Positions 55,250 to 63,132 of a stretch of 64,000 nt of DNA are shown piece after piece. The translations under genes were made by a program, and so were the position numbers. Each line of letters starts with the position of its first letter. The stretch's first letter is position 1. The notes below the pieces were generated by a model. The model saw only the letters and a program-made list of their open reading frames with translations. It was not told the origin of the DNA and made no database searches. Where the stretch lies: positions 2,134 through 66,133 of the forward strand of contig DATJEU010000071.1 in assembly GCA_035496255.1 (NCBI GenBank), given 5' to 3'. This DNA is from Vicinamibacterales bacterium (lineage in GTDB: Bacteria > Acidobacteriota > Vicinamibacteria > Vicinamibacterales > UBA2999).

Positions 55250-55711
55250 TTACGTTTTTGCCAGTTTCTCGGGATGCTTGCGAAGATAGGCCCGCACGAA
55301 CGGACAGACGACGACCAACTGCAGTCCCTCCGCGTGTGCCCGATCGATGGCGGTTTCAGCCAGCAGATCGCCCAGCTGCCGGCCCCGCAGCGCCGGCGGC
55401 ACCTCGGTATGCATCAGGACGAGCGAGCCCGGTCGCCGCTCGTATTGCAGGAATCCAACCTCGCCGTCCACGGTGACTTCGAACTGTTGTGCTTCGACGT
55501 GGTCCACGACCAGCGGCGCGCTCGAAGGGCCCGGCTTCGCGCGGGCAGTCCTGGCGGGATCGCCCTCCTGCGCGACATGAACGCCGGTTTCGACGGTATT
55601 CGCCGGCGGGTCGCTGGCCGGAAATGTCTCCTCGAGTGTCTCGTCCAACGCCTCGTCGGTCTCGTCGTGGTCGGTCACAGCACTATTGTTTCTTGTCGGT
55701 CGGCTGCGCAC
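55250..55711 (-). CDS. GNAT-type N-acetyltransferase domain protein (Acetyltransf_CG/YjdJ-like) with acidic N-terminal extension
   Basis: C-terminal FEVTVDGEVGFLQYERRPGSLVLMHTEVPPALRGRQLGDLL...VVVCPFVRAYLRKHPE. N-terminus contains ETFPASDPP. An alternative GTG start at 55678 would remove the 29-nt overlap with the upstream gene. Confidence 0.7.
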   Translation of the reverse strand: MRSRPTRNNSAVTDHDETDEALDETLEETFPASDPPANTVETGVHVAQEGDPARTARAKPGPSSAPLVVDHVEAQQFEVTVDGEVGFLQYERRPGSLVLMHTEVPPALRGRQLGDLLAETAIDRAHAEGLQLVVVCPFVRAYLRKHPEKLAKT

Positions 55712-56612
55712 CAGCGGGGTTCCCCTGCCGTCCGCCGCCCGACGTCCCGATCACCCGATTCGAGTCGCTCGATTTCGTCACCACGCCGGCATCGAGTGTC
55801 TTACCCGTGTCGGAGATCGTCTGGTACGACAGGTTGTTGCCGTCGATCTCGACGAGCATGAACGCGTACCCCTGATCGAAGCCAGCGGCTTTCAGCGGTG
55901 ACGGATTGATGTCGCCCTCGCGCAGCTTCGCCGAGCTTCCGGCAATGAAATAGACAACGCCCTTCTGCGGCGCGATGCGTTCGTAGAAGTGCTCGTGGCC
56001 GGTGAACACCACGTTGACGTGGTACTTGACGAACAACGGTTCCAGCTGCTCGCGAAGCACGGTCGACGAGCCGTGCGATCCGCCGGACGAGTACGGTGGG
56101 TGATGGAAGAAGCAGATCTTCCAGTCCGAACCGCTGGCCGCCAGTTCCTTCTCGAACCACTGGAGCTGGGTCTCGTCCATGTAGTTGCTGTCGAGCGCGA
56201 AGAAACGGACGTTGGCCGTCAGCGACGGCTTGAACGTGTAGTACCGCTCACCGCTCATGTTGAACGGCTTGTAGAACCGCTCGTTGGGATCGTCGTGGTT
56301 GCCGAGCGACGCATAGAACTTCACGCCGCCATCGAGCAGCGGCCGGTACGGCACTTCGAATTTCTTCTTGTAGTCCTTCGTGCTGCTGCCACCGTACAGG
56401 TTGTCGCCCACCATGATGATGAACGGGAACTGGAACGTCTTCCGATAGGCCTCGATCTGCTGCGCGACTGCCAACTGGTGCCGGTCGCCGGTGCCCGTGT
56501 CGCCGATCACGGCAAATTTGATCGAGCCGTTCTTGTTCGGCAGGCGCAGGTCCTGCGCCATCGCGAGCGTGCCGGTCGTGGCGACTACGAGTGCAATGAC
56601 AAGACGGCGCAT
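55683..56612 (-). CDS. Secreted metallophosphoesterase (calcineurin-like/purple-acid-phosphatase-like)
   Basis: Signal peptide. FAVIGDTGTGD, GDNLY, GNHD, GHEHFYER motifs. Confidence 0.9.
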   Translation of the reverse strand: MRRLVIALVVATTGTLAMAQDLRLPNKNGSIKFAVIGDTGTGDRHQLAVAQQIEAYRKTFQFPFIIMVGDNLYGGSSTKDYKKKFEVPYRPLLDGGVKFYASLGNHDDPNERFYKPFNMSGERYYTFKPSLTANVRFFALDSNYMDETQLQWFEKELAASGSDWKICFFHHPPYSSGGSHGSSTVLREQLEPLFVKYHVNVVFTGHEHFYERIAPQKGVVYFIAGSSAKLREGDINPSPLKAAGFDQGYAFMLVEIDGNNLSYQTISDTGKTLDAGVVTKSSDSNRVIGTSGGGRQGNPAGAQPTDKKQ

Positions 56613-56623
56613 GATCCTCCCTC

Positions 56624-57250
56624 CTACCGGATCGCGTTCGGGATGAAGTCCACGATGAGGTTGGCGTCGACGTCGCGCAGAATCAGGTTCCTGTTGATGA
56701 TGCGGTACTCGACGTCCTTCGGCAGCGTCGGCAGCGCCGCAAGCAGGTTCGCGGGCACCGTCGGCAACGGATTACCTTCCGGGTACCTGGCGTTCACCTT
56801 CAGCGGCACCGGCTTCGGCTTGCCCTCGTCGCCTTCCTCACCGAAGTCTTCCTTCAACTCCTCTTTGACCTCACCGGCGTGCCGGCCCTTCACTTCCGGA
56901 TTGAGCAGACGACGGAACTCGGCGGCAATCGCCGGCGTGAAGATGTCGCCGTGCTTCGCGTCCCTGCGCGTAGTGCGAATGGTGTTCGCGAGCGCTTCCT
57001 GCTTCGCCTTGATCTCGGCCGGGTCGTTCACCGGCTTCTGCTCGGCACCGACGGCCTTTTCGAGCCCCCGCTGATACTTGATGTAGTGCTCGACCCGTTG
57101 CTGAAAGTCCTTCAGCACTACCGAATTCACCGCGACTGGCGGGTTCGCCGGCGGTTTCGGCTTCGCGGATTGCGCACCCGCGATCAGCGGACCGCCGGTC
57201 ATCGTGACCGCCAGCGTCATCGCACCGACGAAACGGTTGACGTCGCGCAT
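56624..57250 (-). CDS. Secreted hypothetical protein
   Basis: Start set at ATG 57250 (GGAGGGA upstream). Signal peptide, Lys/Glu-rich middle, C-terminal YRIINRNLILRDVDANLIVDFIPNAI. No family recognised. Confidence 0.6.
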   Translation of the reverse strand: MRDVNRFVGAMTLAVTMTGGPLIAGAQSAKPKPPANPPVAVNSVVLKDFQQRVEHYIKYQRGLEKAVGAEQKPVNDPAEIKAKQEALANTIRTTRRDAKHGDIFTPAIAAEFRRLLNPEVKGRHAGEVKEELKEDFGEEGDEGKPKPVPLKVNARYPEGNPLPTVPANLLAALPTLPKDVEYRIINRNLILRDVDANLIVDFIPNAIR

Positions 57251-57314
57251 GGGTGATCCCTCCACAGGAGCCATGCACGTCCACAATTCGTGCCTCCAGT
57301 GAAGGAACAGCTCG

Positions 57315-57752
57315 TCAGCGGACGGCTAGATGGTCGACGACGCCGGCCACTCCCGCCGTCTCGCGCGCAAGCTGCACGACGCGCTGGTGCTGCGCCGTCG
57401 ACGACACATGGCCGGAGAGCGTGACGGTCGAACCGTCAGTGTGCACGTCCACCGCCGTACCTTTGAGCGTGTCGTCGAGTGCGATTTTCGATTTCACCTT
57501 CGCGGTGAGCTTCGTCTCGCCGAGTGCGGCATTGGCGCGTGCGGCGCTGTCCGCGACTTCCTCACCGATCCTGGCTCCCGTCTCGCGCGCTCGTTCCGTG
57601 CGCTCGCTGCTGGCCGTGCCCGACGTGCCGACCGACGCATCCGGATGACCGACGACGGGCGATCCACCCCAGTGGTAGCCGAAGAAGAATGCGGCGACCA
57701 CGATCAGGATCACGACAACGAGCACCAGGCGAATCAATCCCCTCAACATCAC
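57315..57752 (-). CDS. BON-domain protein with N-terminal TM anchor
   Basis: LTAKVKSKIALDDTLKGTAVDVHTDGSTVTLSGHVSSTAQHQRVVQLARETAGVAGVVDHLAV. Confidence 0.85.
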   Translation of the reverse strand: MMLRGLIRLVLVVVILIVVAAFFFGYHWGGSPVVGHPDASVGTSGTASSERTERARETGARIGEEVADSAARANAALGETKLTAKVKSKIALDDTLKGTAVDVHTDGSTVTLSGHVSSTAQHQRVVQLARETAGVAGVVDHLAVR

Positions 57753-57826
57753 CGCACCTCACTGCTGCGCTCGCGCTGAGCCTCTTCGGCGAACCAATGC
57801 AGCGCACGCGCCACGGCCCTGTCGCC

Positions 57827-57851
57827 GTAGAGGCCGGCCTTCAGGTCGGCC
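57827..57851. repeat. REP-like hairpin GTAGAGGCCGGCCTTCAGGTCGGCC (inverted copy)
   Basis: Exact reverse complement of the 36407-36431 core. Confidence 0.8.
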
Positions 57852-57936
57852 CGGGCCGCTGAGCATCGGCATCACCGTTTCCGCAGAAGTCGGTGCGCGT
57901 TTACCCAACGAGGTACTCACGGTTCACAGTTGAAGG

Positions 57937-58281
57937 ATGAAAGGCATAACAATTCGTCGCTCGATTACCTCAGCAATGCAGGCACGGCCCTTGCTGCCGT
58001 CACCAACTGTGAAGGTGCGCCTCACGAAGAAGTTCGCGGAGCAGATCGACGGTGTTCGCCTCGAGGGGCACCACATCGGCGATGTGATTGATCTGCCCGA
58101 GACTCAGGCGCGTCTGCTCCTTGCCGAAGATTGGGCCACCACGGAAGAGCGACGCCACCTTCACGTCGATCCGCCGCTTGAACGTCGTCACCACGAGACG
58201 ACTTCCCGGGCCGCAGATGATTCGCGGCGCGATCGCCCGTCGAGAGAGCCCGACGATAAGGAGCCCTCGCGGGCCAGCTGA
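57937..58281 (+). CDS. Hypothetical small protein (structured N-terminal half, disordered basic/acidic tail)
   Basis: GC3-rich frame. VKVRLTKKFAEQIDGVRLEGHHIGDVIDLPETQARLLLAEDWA looks like a conserved small domain. An internal GTG (VKVRL) is an alternative start. Confidence 0.45.
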   Translation: MKGITIRRSITSAMQARPLLPSPTVKVRLTKKFAEQIDGVRLEGHHIGDVIDLPETQARLLLAEDWATTEERRHLHVDPPLERRHHETTSRAADDSRRDRPSREPDDKEPSRAS

Positions 58282-58324
58282 GCGAACGCAACCGAGCGGA
58301 ACGGATCTGGCTATCAGTCGAGAT

Positions 58325-59221
58325 GTGAAGCCTCGAGTGAATCTTGCCGACGTACTGACCCATCACCACATCACCCCGCGTGAAGCGGCGACGCTGACGC
58401 TGGCGGTGGCGCACGAGTGGGATCGCCAACGAGCGGTACACGGCCCTCTCGCGTTACCCGATCTCGCCGGCATCGCCTTGACCGAGCGCGGCGACGTCGT
58501 GTTCCTGGTCCAGGCACGAGCTGGCGCAGATGATGACGAGTCCTGCCTTTCGGACTTCCTGGGCGCGTTGCTCAGGGTCGGTGGCGATCCCCGGCCGCAG
58601 CTGCCGGCCGCCGCGAGCGAGAGCTTTCGAGCGACGCTCGCCCGTTTCGCCGACGATGACGCGGAAACGCTGCGGACGTTGTACTGGCGTTGCGTGACGC
58701 GCCGGGAGCATCGCTATCCGCGGCGGAAAGCCGCCGTCGCGAAGGTCATACGCCGTGAGCGGCGTGCGAGTCCGGAACAAATCGCCGAACTCCGTCGAAG
58801 CGTGCGTGCGCTCGAGCAACGGGTGTTCAGATACGAATACCGCCGGACGCAGTTGCGAACGTCGCTGGTGCGACCGGGCGACATCACGGCGGCACGGTTC
58901 GCCGTGGCCGCCGCGGTGCTCCTGTTGATTCTGGCCGGCGCGTTCACCATTCACTCTGATGCAACCGTGCCCGGCGACCTGGTGGCCTCCAGCGCCGCGC
59001 CCGCCATCATGGCGGAGGCGTCAGCGGAACCACGCGCGGTTCCGCAAAAGATTTCGACGCTGGACGTTGCGCCTTCGGCCGCTCCTCTCGACGCGGCGGT
59101 GCCGCGGACCAGCCGTGCGAAACATCACGCGCCAAAGACCGCGACGCGTACCGCTCCGGCACGGTCGCCGATGGCCACGATTGCGGGAGGCACGCGCGGG
59201 ATCGCCTGGCTTCAGCGATAA
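58325..59221 (+). CDS. Hypothetical single-pass membrane protein
   Basis: Track ORF 58088-59221 trimmed to in-frame GTG 58325, because the upstream 79 codons are Arg-rich and overlap the previous gene. TM helix FAVAAAVLLLILAGAFTI. High GC3 throughout. Confidence 0.4.
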   Translation: MKPRVNLADVLTHHHITPREAATLTLAVAHEWDRQRAVHGPLALPDLAGIALTERGDVVFLVQARAGADDDESCLSDFLGALLRVGGDPRPQLPAAASESFRATLARFADDDAETLRTLYWRCVTRREHRYPRRKAAVAKVIRRERRASPEQIAELRRSVRALEQRVFRYEYRRTQLRTSLVRPGDITAARFAVAAAVLLLILAGAFTIHSDATVPGDLVASSAAPAIMAEASAEPRAVPQKISTLDVAPSAAPLDAAVPRTSRAKHHAPKTATRTAPARSPMATIAGGTRGIAWLQR

Positions 59222-59278
59222 CGAAGAGACGAAGAGCACGACACTCACGTCCTCCGCAACCTCCATTACGATCGTTCG
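59217..59278. repeat. CACGAAG-type array, copy C (GATAACGAAGAGACGAAGAGCACG...CGTCCTCCGCAACCTCC)
   Basis: Read directly. The TAA within GATAACGAAG is the stop codon of ORF 58325-59221. Confidence 0.8.
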
Positions 59279-59356
59279 CAGCGGAGAGAACCCCTGAGAA
59301 TCGACGCTACGAGCCTCGACTATCCGATCCTGGCGGCGCTCTACACCAATCACGCG

Positions 59357-59992
59357 ATGTTCGCCGAGGGTGGACCGTTGGCGAAACGGTACCCGTCGGA
59401 CATCGCTCCGTTCGCCGCGGTGAGCGACGATTCGATCGAAGCCGGAGCGGCGCTGCGCGCGCTGGTGCCAGCCGACGCACCGGTGATTCTGTTTGCTCCG
59501 GCTCCGGTTGCGGCACCTGAGGGTCTCGAAGCGACCGTCCTTGGATCGATGCACCAGATGGTCGCGACCAGGACACTCGAACCGTCGCCCGTTGACGTGA
59601 ACGTGTTACCGCTCGGTGCCACCGACGTTCCGGATATGCAGCGCCTGACGACCCTCACCCGCCCTGGCCCCTTCGGCCCGCGCACGTACCTGCTGGGCAG
59701 ATACATCGGCATTCGGGTCGCCGGTCAGCTGGTGGCGATGGCTGGAGAACGCCTTCGCCTTTCCGGTCACACCGAGATCAGCGCCGTGTGCGTTCATCCT
59801 GAGCACCGGCGCAAGGGGTACGCGCAGGTATTGATCGCCGATCTCGTACACCATCTCGGACGCCGGGGGATCACGCCGTTTCTCCACGTGATCAGCGACA
59901 ACCGCTCGGCGATCGCGCTCTACGAGCAACTCCAGTTCAAGACCCGGCGCCGCCTGTACGCCACCGCCCTCACGCACTCCAGCAGCCGCTGA
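59357..59992 (+). CDS. GNAT family N-acetyltransferase (FR47-like C-terminal domain)
   Basis: GQLVAMAGERLRLSGHTEISAVCVHPEHRRKGYAQVLIADLVHHLGRRGITPFLHVISDNRSAIALYEQLQF. The true start may lie upstream (see findings). Confidence 0.8.
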   Translation: MFAEGGPLAKRYPSDIAPFAAVSDDSIEAGAALRALVPADAPVILFAPAPVAAPEGLEATVLGSMHQMVATRTLEPSPVDVNVLPLGATDVPDMQRLTTLTRPGPFGPRTYLLGRYIGIRVAGQLVAMAGERLRLSGHTEISAVCVHPEHRRKGYAQVLIADLVHHLGRRGITPFLHVISDNRSAIALYEQLQFKTRRRLYATALTHSSSR

Positions 59993-60072
59993 CGCTCGCG
60001 TGCCATCGATCGGCCTTCATCAGGCACTCGAGGACCTCCCCCGGCGGCCCACCCGATTCTTGTTGCTTAAAT

Positions 60073-60093
60073 TTCTAGCATCATGCTAGAAAC
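60073..60093 (+). promoter_or_regulatory. Candidate BlaI-family operator: perfect 10-1-10 inverted repeat TTTCTAGCAT-C-ATGCTAGAAA
   Basis: Read directly. AT-rich island in GC-rich DNA, ending 8 nt before the repressor start codon (60102). Confidence 0.7.
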
Positions 60094-60101
60094 TTACACC
60101 G

Positions 60102-60494
60102 ATGCCGAAGCTGCCGACCCCGGCCTTGAGCCGCCGCGAGCGCGAAATCATGGACATCCTCCACCGCCGCGGCCGCGCCACGGTTCACGAGGTCGTGGCA
60201 GAGTTGTCCGGCAACACGGTCTATTCGACCGTCCGCGCCCAATTGCGCGTGCTCGAGGACAAAGGGCACCTCAGGCACACCGAAGAACAGTTGCGCTACG
60301 TGTACATGCCTGCCGTTTCGCGGACCAGCGTCCGCCGGTCGGCGCTGAAGCATCTGCTCAATACGTTCTTCGACGGTTCTCCCGGACAGGTCGTCGAAGC
60401 ACTCATTCGCGACGATCCCGCGGCGATCTCCGATGAGGAACTCGAACAGATGGCTCGGCTCGTCCAGGACGCACGGAAGGGGCGCCGGAAATGA
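60102..60494 (+). CDS. BlaI/MecI/CopY family transcriptional repressor
   Basis: LSRREREIMDILHRRGRATVHEVVAEL....VYSTVRAQLRVLEDKGHLRH winged-helix region. 130 aa. Confidence 0.9.
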   Translation: MPKLPTPALSRREREIMDILHRRGRATVHEVVAELSGNTVYSTVRAQLRVLEDKGHLRHTEEQLRYVYMPAVSRTSVRRSALKHLLNTFFDGSPGQVVEALIRDDPAAISDEELEQMARLVQDARKGRRK

Positions 60495-62152
60495 TCGCCG
60501 CCACCGTCGTGCTGCTGGGAGCGCGCCTCATCATTCCGCGTTTGCGCTCGCGATCCGCGGCCGCACGGCATCTGTGGTGGGCCTCGGCACTGGCCTGCGC
60601 CTCGCTGATTCCCCTGTTTGCCCGGTTGATCCCTGCATCCGACGCCGCGTGGTTCAACACGCTGGTCCACGCGCTGCCGCGCCCGGTCTCGACGCTCGCC
60701 GGATCGAATCCCGACGACGTAATCGTTCGCACGGCCGGTCTCGAACCGGCGATCTGGTCGCCGCTCGACCTCGCACACAGCGCGTGGCTGCTGGGCGTCG
60801 TCATGTGTACGGCAATCCTGGCCTGGCGACTTGGCCGAATTCACGCGATCGGGCGACGGGCCACGCCGGTCACGGACGCAGACATGTGCGCATGCCTGCG
60901 GCGGTCGGCGCAGCGGGTCGGGCTGAACGACGGCGCCGTGGCCCTGCTGCGCGGCGACGACCTGGCCGTCCCCGCAACCTGGGGATGGTCGCCGCGCGTG
61001 GTCCTGCCATCGGCATCGCGGCAGTGGTCACGGGTGCGGCTCGAAACCGTCCTCACGCACGAACTGGTGCACGTGCGCCGGCGCGACTGGCTGACCCACA
61101 TGCTCGCGGAACTCGCGTGCGCTGTGTTCTGGTTCAACCCGTTGTTCTGGGTCGCACGCGGCGCCCTGCGCCGCGAGAGCGAGCACGCGGCGGACGATGC
61201 GGTGCTGTGCACCGGGATCGAGCCTGCCGACTATGCGGCCGATCTGCTCGAGATCGTTCGCTCCGCGCGTATTCGCACGATACCGCCCACCAGTCTCGCA
61301 ATGGCGCGCGACTCCGACCTGTCGGCACGCATCGTTCGGGTGCTGGCGGTCGCCGCAAATCGAGCGCCGATCACTCGCGCGCGCGTCGCGACGTGGACGG
61401 CAGCAGCCGCGGCGATCGCGTGTGGCGTCGCGTTCCTGACCATGCCCGCTCTTGCGGCGGAAGTGCAGCTCTTGCCCGCGCGCGTACCGTCAGCCGTGCG
61501 CTCGATGCTGGATGATCCTGTCGACCAGTCGCGTTCGCCGGTCGGCGAGGTGCGCGTGATTGGGGCGTGGCCCGCACCGATCGAGACGCCCCACGTGTCG
61601 GAATATACGACCCCGCCCCTCTACAGCGATGACGCCCGCGCCCAACGCATCGAGGGCGTGGTCACCGTGCAGATTCACCTCGACGCCGCCGGCACCGTGG
61701 TCACGGCTCGGGTGACGTCGCATCTCGGATATGGCCTCGACGAGAACGCGCTCGTCGCCGTGCGTCACTGGCGATTCACACCGGCGCGTCTCCAGGAACG
61801 CGCGATTCCGGTCGATGCGGAAGTCGACGTGGCCTTCAGCCTGCGCAATGAAGCGCTCAACGAACTGATCGCCAACGACATGGCGACTCAGGTCGGTCCT
61901 GGAGTGACGCCGCCACGCGTCATCCGCACGCAGCGACCCGTGTCCGATCGCGGCGCCGGCGGTCGCGTCCTGCTCGATGTCGTGCTCGAGGAGGACGGGA
62001 CGCCACGAATCGTCCGCATCCTCCGGTCCGGGGGCAGCGACCTTGACGCTGCGGCGGTGAGCGCGTTCGAGGCATGGCGGTTCAGTCCAGCGACAAAGGA
62101 TGGGAAGCCGGTCAAGGTCCGCATGACCGCGGAGATCAGCGTCCATGGATAA
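60491..62152 (+). CDS. M56 (BlaR1-type) metallopeptidase sensor fused to two TonB C-terminal domains
   Basis: ATGA overlap with the repressor gene. 4 TM helices, [12 protein letters not shown] (HExxH). Two TonB_C-like repeats ([18 protein letters not shown]...[13 protein letters not shown] and [16 protein letters not shown]...[14 protein letters not shown]). Confidence 0.9.
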   Translation: MIAATVVLLGARLIIPRLRSRSAAARHLWWASALACASLIPLFARLIPASDAAWFNTLVHALPRPVSTLAGSNPDDVIVRTAGLEPAIWSPLDLAHSAWLLGVVMCTAILAWRLGRIHAIGRRATPVTDADMCACLRRSAQRVGLNDGAVALLRGDDLAVPATWGWSPRVVLPSASRQWSRVRLETVLTHELVHVRRRDWLTHMLAELACAVFWFNPLFWVARGALRRESEHAADDAVLCTGIEPADYAADLLEIVRSARIRTIPPTSLAMARDSDLSARIVRVLAVAANRAPITRARVATWTAAAAAIACGVAFLTMPALAAEVQLLPARVPSAVRSMLDDPVDQSRSPVGEVRVIGAWPAPIETPHVSEYTTPPLYSDDARAQRIEGVVTVQIHLDAAGTVVTARVTSHLGYGLDENALVAVRHWRFTPARLQERAIPVDAEVDVAFSLRNEALNELIANDMATQVGPGVTPPRVIRTQRPVSDRGAGGRVLLDVVLEEDGTPRIVRILRSGGSDLDAAAVSAFEAWRFSPATKDGKPVKVRMTAEISVHG

Positions 62153-63080
62153 GATTCGCAGTTCCGAGATCACGAGTCGTGCGGTGTACGTGAACCGCCG
62201 GGCGTTCATTCAGGCGTTCGTCTCGGCAGGGATCGGATTCTCCGCGACGGCCGCCGATGCGCAGGCTCCAGCGACGCACGGCCGGAAACTGACGACCACG
62301 CACAGCGATCTCAGCACGACCGAGCGGCCCAACACCTGGGAGCAGGTCACGACCTACAACAACTTCTATGAGTTCGGCACGGGCAAAGACGATCCGGCGC
62401 GCTACGCACCGCGATGGCGGCCGCGCGAGCCGTGGACGGTGCGTGTCGACGGCGCCTGCGCAAGGCCGGGGACGTTCACGCTCGACGACATCCTGAAAGG
62501 TCAGACGCTCGAGGATCGGATCTATCGCCATCGATGCGTCGAAGGCTGGTCGATGGTGATCCCGTGGGTCGGCTTCCCGCTCGCCAGCCTGGTCAACAAG
62601 GTACAGCCGACGTCGGCGGCAAAGTTCGTCGAGTTCACCACCCTGCACGATCCGGCCGCGATGCCCGGACAACGCGATGACGTTTTGGAGTGGCCGTACG
62701 TCGAGGGCCTGCGCCTGGACGAAGCGCTGCACCCGTTGACGATTCTCGCGGTCGGCGTCTACGGCGAAACACTGCCGAACCAGAATGGCGCGCCGCTGCG
62801 CCTGGTCGTACCGTGGAAATACGGCTTCAAGGGCGCGAAGTCGATCGTGCGGATCCGCTTCGTCGACAAGGCGCCGACCACATCCTGGATGCGGAACTGG
62901 CCGCAGGCGTACGGCTTCTATTCAAACGTCAATCCGGCCGTCGATCATCCACGTCACAGCCAGGCCATGGAGGTGCGGTTGCCGGCGGCGACGCGCAGCA
63001 TGCGCACGCAATTGTTCAACGGCTATGCCGATCAGGTCGCCAGTCTGTACAAGGGAATGGACCTGAAGCGGTTCTATTGA
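62145..63080 (+). CDS. msrP: Protein-methionine-sulfoxide reductase catalytic subunit MsrP (YedY-type molybdoenzyme)
   Basis: Tat-type [83 protein letters not shown]. 8-nt overlap with the M56 gene. Confidence 0.9.
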   Translation: MDKIRSSEITSRAVYVNRRAFIQAFVSAGIGFSATAADAQAPATHGRKLTTTHSDLSTTERPNTWEQVTTYNNFYEFGTGKDDPARYAPRWRPREPWTVRVDGACARPGTFTLDDILKGQTLEDRIYRHRCVEGWSMVIPWVGFPLASLVNKVQPTSAAKFVEFTTLHDPAAMPGQRDDVLEWPYVEGLRLDEALHPLTILAVGVYGETLPNQNGAPLRLVVPWKYGFKGAKSIVRIRFVDKAPTTSWMRNWPQAYGFYSNVNPAVDHPRHSQAMEVRLPAATRSMRTQLFNGYADQVASLYKGMDLKRFY

Positions 63081-63132
63081 TCCGAGTGTGCGGCCATGAC
63101 GTCCGCGGTCTCGCGAAGGACAGGTCGGTGCG

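Noticed and set aside
58088-58324. First 79 codons of the 377-aa track ORF 58088-59221
   Set aside because: Arg/Pro-rich, and it overlaps the better-looking frame of 57937-58281. An in-frame GTG at 58325 begins the plausible coding part. Still low confidence.
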